Numbered from the stretch's first letter, positions 18,607 through 26,175 are shown. The stretch: 26,175 nt of DNA from an uncultured virus (IMG/VR IMGVR_UViG_3300021400_004213) (IMGVR_UViG_3300021400_004213); one strand, 5' to 3'. A program made the numbers and translations. The notes: generated from the letters alone by a model not told the origin.

Positions 18607-19134
18607 TTATTGAATAATCCTTACAAACGCCGTAGGCGTCATACAATACATATCTGCAATAAGCGTATCACTATCTGGGTTGGCTACATGAACAATCTGT
18701 CCGTCACCGATATAGATTCCACAATGCTCACCCCAGTTATACGCCACGATATCTCCTGGCTCTAATTCGTTCTCCGAGATGTTCCCCATCGCTTGAAACT
18801 CACTCGCTGTACGAGGGACACTCATTCCATACGTTTCGTAAATCAAATGTACGAATCCCGAACAATCCGTTCCTGTCTCCAGTGAATTTCCGCCATACAC
18901 ATATGGCAAGTCACCTGCAAAGGAACACGCATAATCCACTAACTTTTCTCTCAGTTCATTACATTCCTTCTGCTATTCTTCCAATCGCTTCAAGTGCATC
19001 TCATGAATCTTGATGCACAATTCATCTTTGTCAAGCAAATCAAACGGTGTTGCATAAACAGGAAGTACCGAACAACCGATGACCATAGTCATACAAAAAA
19101 CAAAAACAACCAACTTAATGACAATCTTTTTCAT
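18607..19134 (-). pseudogene. Secreted NlpC/P60 (C40) peptidase with an in-frame TAG at codon 54 (pseudogene or read-through)
   Basis: ATG 19134 (RBS GAAAGG) gives MKKIVIKLVVFVFCMTMVIGCSVLPVYA...KRLEE*QKECNELREKLVDYA, in frame with PYVYGG, DCSGFV, PRTA, HCGIYIG and VHVA. The TAG is at 18975..18973. Confidence 0.8.
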
Positions 19135-19215
19135 AACAATCAAAACCTTTCACTGTCATAAGAAATAACATACAGATATTTTCAAACGTATCACCCTTGG
19201 CGATACGCCATAAAC

Positions 19216-19599
19216 TTATTCCATCTCATTCGGATGGTCTTGCATATAGTTCCATACAAAACGATATTCTGGCGTCTGTTCAAAAGCGATGCATAACTGC
19301 TCAACTTTCGTTCTACTGTATTCGCCACGCTTTAACCATTCGAACAACAGATTCATCAAATCAGTTTCCAACTGATCCTCAAAACCAACACAAGCAGCAT
19401 CATCTTCTTGTGCGGTCAAACAGGCTGTGTCATTTCTATAATGACTACACATCTTACATGTTCGCTTCGATGACCCAAGATACACACAAGGCATATCTGC
19501 ATCTACAGCAAAGTATGATGTGGGGAGACTACAAACACCCATGGCAGCATCATTTCCCCCGAAAGGCATATATTTCTTACATTGACCACAACATAACAT
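19216..19599 (-). CDS. Cys-rich hypothetical protein (127 aa)
   Basis: Two CxxCxxY...C...C units; RBS GAGGAG. Confidence 0.75.
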   Translation of the reverse strand: MLCCGQCKKYMPFGGNDAAMGVCSLPTSYFAVDADMPCVYLGSSKRTCKMCSHYRNDTACLTAQEDDAACVGFEDQLETDLMNLLFEWLKRGEYSRTKVEQLCIAFEQTPEYRFVWNYMQDHPNEME

Positions 19600-19617
19600 A
19601 CGCCTTGCTCCTCATGT

Positions 19618-19660
19618 AAAAATTATCGGACATAGGTGTATCAATACATCATGTCCGATA
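19618..19660 (-). terminator. Long hairpin plus U-run just upstream of the RBS of 19599
   Basis: TATCGGACAT...ATGTCCGATA (10-bp perfect outer stem) followed by ATTTTT. Confidence 0.5.
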
Positions 19661-19758
19661 TGCCAAGTCTATTCAAACTGTACTAATACAATTTTAGTTC
19701 ATTTTTCAACATTTTTTCACGCAAAAAGACACAAAAATCGGATTAAAATCCGTTAGGA

Positions 19759-19965
19759 TTAACGCAAAGGACCATTGTAATCGTCATCCGCATCTTCCAT
19801 AGCTTGATTAAAACGGTTTGCAAGCTTATCCTTCGCATTCTTGCCAGCTTCAGCACCAGCACCCGCAAGCATTTCAATCACTTTTGAAAGGATATAAATC
19901 AGGAAACTGCCGAGACGACCAATGAGACTCGCAACCCATAAAATGACGTTGTTCAAAAAATTCAT
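19759..19965 (-). CDS. Small membrane-associated hypothetical protein (68 aa)
   Basis: RBS AAGGGAG; amphipathic/hydrophobic N-half; promoter TTGATA-17-TATTAA at 20038..20010. Confidence 0.7.
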   Translation of the reverse strand: MNFLNNVILWVASLIGRLGSFLIYILSKVIEMLAGAGAEAGKNAKDKLANRFNQAMEDADDDYNGPLR

Positions 19966-20079
19966 ATTCTTTACTCCCTTCTATGAAAGTTAAAAATCAT
20001 GTTACCTATTTAATACCATAAATCAGCGCATTTATCAAGAGAAAATACTAAAACAATCTCTATGAACACTAAAAATTTC

Positions 20080-20117
20080 AAAAGAAAAGAGGGCCCTCCA
20101 AAGAGAGTTCTCTTTTC
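20080..20117 (-). terminator. Intrinsic terminator of the adhesin gene
   Basis: GAAAAGAGAACTCTC-TTTG-GAGGGCCCTCTTTTC-TTTT. Confidence 0.7.
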
Positions 20118-20125
20118 ATAGAATA

Positions 20126-22720
20126 TCAATTCTGATCTTCTACATACCAGTAAACGTTATCCGAAATTGGCATTCCATTCTCATTACTAAATGTAATCTC
20201 AAATGTAAACGTATCGTCCTTGTTCGATTCAGTAAGCTCAGACCCATCCTTAGTGATCTTCAAAACACCTGGACGAGTATGATTATCAAACGCAACACCA
20301 TCTTCATCATAGGTAACGTCAGCAGTTAAAGCACCTTCAACAGGTAAATCAGCCGTTACCGTCATATAATAACCATAATTGACCATATCTGTCCAATTAT
20401 TATTTGTTGTTGGATAAGCATAACTATTATACAATACACTTAATGAATCGCCGTCAACATCAAATTCATCTGTCAAATACTCTTGGTCTTTTCCATTTAT
20501 ATAATAATACTGCTTCAAGGCTGTATTTGGATTAAAATCAGCACCATATGTCTGCGTACGCACTTCCTCATGTGCACCTTGCCAAATATAAAACTGACCT
20601 CTCGGATTCGTATACTTTACAGTCACATGTAACTTATCGGCACCAGGAATCGTAATAACATCCGTATAATACGTACTGCTTGAGTAATCATACTTCTTTA
20701 CGCCATTATCCAAAATATTACTCGAATGAGATACAACATTGACACTCTCCACATCACCAGCCAATTGACCAACAAGAACCTTGACTGTTTCCTCATGTGT
20801 ATCATAATCAATGCTATTATCCTGCGGATCTATCTCACGAATAATATATGTATGCGCTCCAAGATCAGCTTTTGTATATTCAATCGGATCAAACTGGATG
20901 AAACCGCCATCCACAACAAATTTCGTTTGAATTACATTGCGATTCTCATCAAGTAATTCAAATTGATAAGTACCTAACTTAGCTGGATGACCATCTAACT
21001 TTTTCGTTCCAGTAAACTGAACCGTTACAATATCAGGCTGATACTTGTTCCAAAACGATACAGCAGACTCTTCCAACGCCTCAATGACACCTGAAGCATT
21101 TTCTTGTTGAACAATCACCCATCCGTCAGGCGTAAGTTCATAGACTTGGTATGACGTTCCTGCTGGAATGTCATTAAATGTCGCCTTTTCACCAGCCCTG
21201 ATATCGAAGGTAAAGCTACCATCCTCCATATTTACAGAAAAATCGGTTCTTCTCCAAACAGCATTCAATTTGATATGAACATCCTTTGTACCAATATCAT
21301 TAGGCCCACTATAATGATACCAATAAAGCCTGCCGCCATCAGAAATCGTCTTATAAGACGATACTCCAGAACCATTGTCAACCGAAGGATCTAAAGCCCA
21401 ATGGTCAAACTCATAACCAGGTTTTACATAAGTGTTCGCAGGCAAATCAATACTATAATAATTTCCAGCATTATATTCAGGAACACCTTTTTCTACATGA
21501 ATCTCTGGCATCGAACCCGTAACACCAGCACCGCCGTCAAAAGACACATGAACATTAAATGTATCAACGGTATACTCCCACGTACCAGCTAACGATTCTG
21601 GATCATTATAATACGCCCTCGTTAATGCACGATAATCATTCTTATTCCAACTTGATGCATACGCTTCTGTATTTGCTTCTACATTGCGCCAACCAAATAC
21701 GGTATAAGAATCATTAACGATATAGTTTGAACTAGCAGGCTCATCAAGTCCAACTCGACAATCATAATATGGCGGCAAACCGAACCTGAAATTTGGTCCA
21801 ATCACAAATTTCTTCAAATGATACTTATAACTACTATAATTATAAGTATGTGCATATAGCATTGAACTAAATTGATCAGGATTTGTCATACCACGCATGT
21901 CAAAATTACGAACATCAATAAACTCAATGGGCGACCAAGAAAGCATGCACATACAACTCTGTAAACTTGGCGTATAAAAACTTGATAGATCTAATTCATG
22001 CATACTCGCCATAGAAGCAAACATATAATCCATATTTGTAACATTACGAGTATCAAAATTAGATACATCCAACATAGTTAATTTTTCACAATCATAAAAC
22101 ATCCAAGACATATCTGTGACTTGATTTGTATTAAAACTCGACAAATCAAGCGATTGCAAATTTTGACACTGCCTAAACATGTCCTTCATTGTTCGCACAC
22201 TACGAGTATCAAAACTTGATAAAGTCAAAGATTCTAAGGCATAACAATAACGGAACATAGCCTCCATCGATGTGACATTTCTCACATCAAAACTTGATAA
22301 ATCAAGAGATGTCAACTTAGAACAATTCTCAAACATAAAATTCATATTTGTAACACGCTGTGTATCAAATCCTGTTGCATCAAATGATTCCAAATTAGAT
22401 AAATATTCAAACATTCTTGACATATCGCCTTGTCCGTGAACAATACCGTCAAATCGGACAGATTTCACCTGATAACCATATCCAGAACACCAAACAGGAC
22501 TTGAATTACGATTACTCCTATACGTAAACGTCTGTTCAGTACCATCGCCTATAATCAATTCATAATCAGACGTAATACGCCAATCGACGCCATCGTATAC
22601 ACCCCCATCAAGGTCACCTTCTTGCTTGGCAGCATGTACCGTCTTCGCAGGCACCATTGCAAGCATTACAGCCACTATCATGGCGATGCAAAGCAATATA
22701 CCTTTCATTCCTTTCTTCAT
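20126..22720 (-). CDS. Secreted BspA/DUF285-type LRR surface protein with pilin-like Ig domains, paralog 1 (864 aa, no LPXTG or TM anchor)
   Basis: Start moved to ATG 22720 after GGAGG. Signal peptide (VHA); 7 x 26-aa MF..C..L..LDLS.FDT..VT repeats; Listeria-Bacteroides/InlB-B-like repeat; Spy0128/FctA-like domain (FTGTKKLDG...YIIREI...FDN). Confidence 0.88.
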   Translation of the reverse strand: MKKGMKGILLCIAMIVAVMLAMVPAKTVHAAKQEGDLDGGVYDGVDWRITSDYELIIGDGTEQTFTYRSNRNSSPVWCSGYGYQVKSVRFDGIVHGQGDMSRMFEYLSNLESFDATGFDTQRVTNMNFMFENCSKLTSLDLSSFDVRNVTSMEAMFRYCYALESLTLSSFDTRSVRTMKDMFRQCQNLQSLDLSSFNTNQVTDMSWMFYDCEKLTMLDVSNFDTRNVTNMDYMFASMASMHELDLSSFYTPSLQSCMCMLSWSPIEFIDVRNFDMRGMTNPDQFSSMLYAHTYNYSSYKYHLKKFVIGPNFRFGLPPYYDCRVGLDEPASSNYIVNDSYTVFGWRNVEANTEAYASSWNKNDYRALTRAYYNDPESLAGTWEYTVDTFNVHVSFDGGAGVTGSMPEIHVEKGVPEYNAGNYYSIDLPANTYVKPGYEFDHWALDPSVDNGSGVSSYKTISDGGRLYWYHYSGPNDIGTKDVHIKLNAVWRRTDFSVNMEDGSFTFDIRAGEKATFNDIPAGTSYQVYELTPDGWVIVQQENASGVIEALEESAVSFWNKYQPDIVTVQFTGTKKLDGHPAKLGTYQFELLDENRNVIQTKFVVDGGFIQFDPIEYTKADLGAHTYIIREIDPQDNSIDYDTHEETVKVLVGQLAGDVESVNVVSHSSNILDNGVKKYDYSSSTYYTDVITIPGADKLHVTVKYTNPRGQFYIWQGAHEEVRTQTYGADFNPNTALKQYYYINGKDQEYLTDEFDVDGDSLSVLYNSYAYPTTNNNWTDMVNYGYYMTVTADLPVEGALTADVTYDEDGVAFDNHTRPGVLKITKDGSELTESNKDDTFTFEITFSNENGMPISDNVYWYVEDQN

Positions 22721-22922
22721 ACTGAAATACCTCCATGATTCTTTATATATTCTTACATAAAGAAACGCCTCGATAATAAATGCAAGGCTATTCAACCTCG
22801 CATCTTCCTATCAAGGCGACGTCTATTATGACTTTTACGTGCTCAAAAAATAAGCACATATCGACCAATTCTTACTCAATTCTTTACTCTCATAATATAC
22901 TTGAATTATCAGTCTTTTTCAA
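22721..22922 (-). promoter_or_regulatory. Promoter plus structured 5' leader, copy 1
   Basis: TTGAAA-17-TATATT (22922..22894); small hairpin 22839..22857; 53-nt hairpin 22766..22818 followed by TTTCTTT; paralogous to 25600..25795. Confidence 0.75.
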
Positions 22923-22932
22923 GACACTTATC

Positions 22933-25599
22933 TTAATTCTCGACGTACCAATAAATATCATCACTGATCGGCATTCCATTCTCATTACTAAATGTAATTT
23001 CGAACGTAAACGTATCGTCCTTGTTCGCTTCGGTCACATTGGCATTCTTCGTAATACGGAGAATACCTGGACGAGTCTTGTTCTCAAACTTAATACCGTC
23101 TTCATCATAAGTAACTTCGCTACTCAACCTATTGCTACCAGCAGAAATATAAAATCCATAATTCGAATACTCTTTATATATCGGAATTGTGGATGGATAT
23201 GCATACGAACAATATAATACAGTAATCGTATCACCTGGAACATCCAATTCCTCAGTAATTAGCATATTATCTTTATCATTATTATATGAATATGCCTTAT
23301 ACGCAGTATTTGGATTTAAAGCCTCCGTATAACCAGAAATGCTTCCATTCGAATTTGCTGAAAGATTTGCAATCTCAACACTATGATCACCTTGCCAAAT
23401 ATAAAACGAACCACGTACATTCGAATAATTCATATTCAAATGCAACGACTCAGCACCAGATTTACTTAATACACCTGTATAAAGTTCATAACTTCCATAA
23501 TCATGCAGTTTATTTCCATCATCATCAATATTTGGCGAATGAACACACACTTTTGAATCAGCTACCGATACACGTACATGAACAACTTCTTCATGACTAT
23601 CATAGTCAATGCTATCATCTTGTGGATCAATCTCTCTCACAAAATACGTATGCTCACCAACATCAGCTTTTGTATATTCAATCGGATCAAACTGAACAAA
23701 TCCACCATCCAATACAGTCTTTGTCTGAAGTACATTCCTGTTTTCATCAAGAAGTTCAAACATATATGTTCCTTCTTTCGCAGGATGTCCATCTAACAAC
23801 TTTGTGCCTGTAAACTGAGTTGTTACAACATCAGGCTGATACTTGTTCCAAAATGTGGCTGCCGATTCTTCAAGAGCCTCGATCACGCCAGAAGCGTTCT
23901 CTTGCTGTACAAGCACCCATCCGTCAGGTGTAAGTTCATATACTTGATATGTCGTTCCTGCGGGAATATCCTTGAATGTAGCTTTCTCACCAGCTTTAAT
24001 GCTGAATTCAAAAGCACCTTCATTCATACTTATATTATGATTATCTTTTTCAAACATAGCTGTTAATGTAACGGTAGAACCTTCATCATAAATACCTGCA
24101 GGAATCGTACCGTTATTCTCATACTGATGCCCCTGTCCATCATCCCAATAAACAAATGAATGATCGAAAATATAATATTCACAAGACGGTAGTACAAATT
24201 CTTCCCCATATACAGCATATGAACTCTTCATAGATCCAGCAGCACCATCAGCAACATAATTTATATTATAGCCAGGTACTTTTTCCCAAACCCATGTTCC
24301 TTCAATTGAATCAGTATCATTTAAGCTAAGCAATTCACTTGCGTACAGAGCGCCTTCTTTTTCACCTTCCAAAATCCATTTTCCTGTATATGGATATTTA
24401 GAAGAGGCATTTGGAATATCACCCCAATAATGATACCTAGCAATATTATTACCCTTGTAATAATAATTCGGACCAAAAACTATCTTTTTCAAATTATTAC
24501 AATACGCAAACATGCCATGTAAATCAGTACAACGATGCGTATTAAAGTTCTGAATGTTAATAGATTCAAGAGACTCACAATGCGCAAAAATTTGACCAAG
24601 ATTCTGCGCACTTGAAGTAACCCAATTCGAAACATCTAATTCTTCTAAACTTAAACAATCCTCAAACACACTATCCAAACGTGTCACATGACTCACATCA
24701 AATGACGATACGTCAACACTCTTTAAACTTTTACAACCCCTAAACATGTGTTGCATTGTTGTTACACGATCGGTATGCCAATCAGATAAATCTAAAGTCT
24801 TAAGACTCGCACAACCATCAAATACACCGCTCATATCTGTAACAAGACTCACATCTAACCCAGAAACATTAGCAGATTCCAAACTAGTACAACCACGAAA
24901 CATCCGTCTAATATTCGTTAATTGACCAGCATTTAATGTAGATAAATCAACAGAAACCAAACTACTACAGTATTCAAAAACTTCCGCTAAACTCGTAACC
25001 TTTGGTACACGAAAACTAGATAAATCCACAGAACGTAAGGAACTACAATAACGAAACATATCGCCCATATAACGAACATTAGTGGTAACAAAATTGCTCA
25101 AATCAAGATCTATAAGATTTTCGCACATATAAAACATGTCAAGTAAACTTGTAACATTACTCGTATCAAAATTAGAAAGATCCAAATGTTGTAAACTAGA
25201 ACAACGACTAAACATATAAGACATCGTTGTTGCTCTAGAAGTATCTAAATTACGGAGATCCATCTCTGTACAATTGACCATATTTGCAAATAAAGAATAA
25301 CACCCCGCAGCAGTATTTACACCTGGCAATACCTTAACTTTTTTCACTGATTCCGCATAAGCACTCCATGAAGGAGATGCAGAAACGTAAGAATCAAGAA
25401 TGCCAATAAAGCCGTCCGTAGGAGGACTAATCGTCAATACACCATCCGCATCAATAACCCAGGAACAAGTACCTGATGTTCCTGACGCAATATCATCATC
25501 AGCGGCTTTCACTACATTCACGCCAAATATGGTAAACAAACCAGCACACAGCACAAATGCCAACAACAAGCCTAATATGCCTTTCATTCCTTTCTTCAT
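22933..25599 (-). CDS. Secreted BspA/DUF285-type LRR surface protein with pilin-like Ig domains, paralog 2 (888 aa, no LPXTG or TM anchor)
   Basis: Signal peptide (VKA); SGTSGTCSW..D.DGVLTI cap; 10 full plus 1 partial 26-aa LRRs; same downstream architecture and YWYVE end as paralog 1. Confidence 0.9.
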   Translation of the reverse strand: MKKGMKGILGLLLAFVLCAGLFTIFGVNVVKAADDDIASGTSGTCSWVIDADGVLTISPPTDGFIGILDSYVSASPSWSAYAESVKKVKVLPGVNTAAGCYSLFANMVNCTEMDLRNLDTSRATTMSYMFSRCSSLQHLDLSNFDTSNVTSLLDMFYMCENLIDLDLSNFVTTNVRYMGDMFRYCSSLRSVDLSSFRVPKVTSLAEVFEYCSSLVSVDLSTLNAGQLTNIRRMFRGCTSLESANVSGLDVSLVTDMSGVFDGCASLKTLDLSDWHTDRVTTMQHMFRGCKSLKSVDVSSFDVSHVTRLDSVFEDCLSLEELDVSNWVTSSAQNLGQIFAHCESLESINIQNFNTHRCTDLHGMFAYCNNLKKIVFGPNYYYKGNNIARYHYWGDIPNASSKYPYTGKWILEGEKEGALYASELLSLNDTDSIEGTWVWEKVPGYNINYVADGAAGSMKSSYAVYGEEFVLPSCEYYIFDHSFVYWDDGQGHQYENNGTIPAGIYDEGSTVTLTAMFEKDNHNISMNEGAFEFSIKAGEKATFKDIPAGTTYQVYELTPDGWVLVQQENASGVIEALEESAATFWNKYQPDVVTTQFTGTKLLDGHPAKEGTYMFELLDENRNVLQTKTVLDGGFVQFDPIEYTKADVGEHTYFVREIDPQDDSIDYDSHEEVVHVRVSVADSKVCVHSPNIDDDGNKLHDYGSYELYTGVLSKSGAESLHLNMNYSNVRGSFYIWQGDHSVEIANLSANSNGSISGYTEALNPNTAYKAYSYNNDKDNMLITEELDVPGDTITVLYCSYAYPSTIPIYKEYSNYGFYISAGSNRLSSEVTYDEDGIKFENKTRPGILRITKNANVTEANKDDTFTFEITFSNENGMPISDDIYWYVEN

Positions 25600-25795
25600 A
25601 TTGAAATACCTCCATAACTCTTTATATTTTTACATAAAGAAACGCCCCGATAAGAAATACAAGGCTATTCAACCTCACATCTTCCTATCAGGGCGACGTC
25701 TCTTTAACTCTTAAATATCCTTATGGATATAATCGACCATTCATTTATTCAATTCTTTACTCTCATAATATACCTGAATTATCAGTATTTTTCAA
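25600..25795 (-). promoter_or_regulatory. Promoter plus structured 5' leader, copy 2
   Basis: TTGAAA-17-TATATT (25795..25767); small hairpin 25715..25730; 53-nt hairpin 25643..25695 followed by TTTCTTT. Confidence 0.75.
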
Positions 25796-25839
25796 GATTC
25801 GAAAGCATTTTATTTCTAGTCTGAACCACTTTGCCATCA

Positions 25840-25880
25840 GAAAAGCACCCCAGTCGGCTCTTGCCTTCTGGAGTGCTTTC
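25840..25880 (-). terminator. Intrinsic terminator of the LPXTG gene / candidate sRNA
   Basis: AAAGCACTCCAG...CTGGGGTGCTTTT. Confidence 0.7.
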
Positions 25881-25945
25881 CTTTTGTCTGGAGGGATTTC
25901 TATGAAGAAATTCATATGTTACTCAGTAAGCAAAACTTACTGGAA
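25840..25945 (-). ncRNA. Candidate 3'UTR-derived antisense sRNA targeting the RBS/AUG of both LRR genes
   Basis: 5' hairpin CAGTAAG/CTTACTG (25924..25942); seed UUUCUUCAUAGAAAUCCCUCCA (25910..25889); terminator. Confidence 0.5.
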
Positions 25946-25965
25946 TAACCAATTCATTACGAGGA

Positions 25966-26175
25966 TTATTCATCCTCATCGTCATCCTTCTTCTTACGCA
26001 GCAAGAAGAATAATCCACCTGCAATAACCACAACACCGACAATTGTAAGTACAATCGCAGTTGTGCTACCAGTAGCAGGAAGTGTCACTGTTGCCTTGTT
26101 CGTGAATGTCAGATCCAAATTATCTGCATCCACCAGTTCTGCTTTCAGAATACCATCTTTGGTATCTGTGACTCG
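25966..26175 (-). CDS. C-terminus of a sortase-anchored (LPXTG) surface protein, partial
   Basis: Hand translation: ...KDGILKAELVDADNLDLTFTNKATVT-LPATG-STTAIVLTIVGVVVIAGGLFFLL-RKKKDDDEDE*. Confidence 0.9.
   Translation of the reverse strand, partial: RVTDTKDGILKAELVDADNLDLTFTNKATVTLPATGSTTAIVLTIVGVVVIAGGLFFLLRKKKDDDEDE

Noticed and set aside
22720..22795. Longer track starts for 20126..22795 and several other ORFs
   Set aside because: Downstream ATGs have proper RBSs. For the adhesin, the paralog fixes the start at MKKGMK and the extension runs through the leader hairpin.
20126..23070. Adhesins as truncated pseudogenes that lost their anchor
   Set aside because: Both end at nearly the same conserved residue with different stop codons, followed by a terminator or the next promoter, and no anchor remnant is visible downstream.
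20126..25599. Diversity-generating retroelement (TR/VR pair) or CRISPR array behind the repeats
   Set aside because: The repeats are coding paralogy and 78-nt LRR periodicity. Differences are not adenine-specific, and there is no reverse transcriptase, cas gene or repeat-spacer pattern.
25902..26027. Plus-strand 41-aa ORF MKKFICYSV... with a GGAGG RBS
   Set aside because: It overlaps the LPXTG gene antisense, has no clear promoter and gives an implausible peptide. It is better explained as the complement of an anti-RBS sequence, though not strictly excluded.
1..26175. Genome-wide TAG reassignment (code 15)
   Set aside because: Only one gene is interrupted by TAG, the long genes are open in code 11, and the TAG at 11884-11886 is followed directly by a terminator.

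Overview
The window is gene-dense, mostly minus-strand, low-GC Firmicutes (Clostridia/Lachnospiraceae-like) DNA. It looks like part of a large extrachromosomal element (megaplasmid, phage-plasmid or jumbo phage) rather than core chromosome; this is inference. It carries a gyrB-gyrA pair with no dnaA/dnaN/recF upstream. Other recognisable genes are two calcineurin-like phosphoesterases, a GtrA-family protein, a cell-wall-binding-repeat/sortase-like fusion, a Lar-like Zn ribbon and an NlpC/P60 gene split by one in-frame TAG. Three adjacent hypothetical genes share domains, and many other ORFs are unassigned. The right end is the most interesting part: the 3' end of an LPATG-anchored protein, then two paralogous secreted BspA/DUF285-type LRR proteins with no anchor. 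Each LRR protein carries the two halves of a CnaB-like (isopeptide-type) Ig domain in swapped order, which suggests head-to-tail, possibly covalent, self-assembly. Both LRR genes have a duplicated promoter and a structured leader with covariation. The 3' UTR of the LPATG gene contains a near-perfect antisense match to the RBS/start codon of both. I saw no CRISPR array, tRNA, rRNA, transposase or reverse transcriptase. All family assignments come from motifs read by eye; no database search was run.
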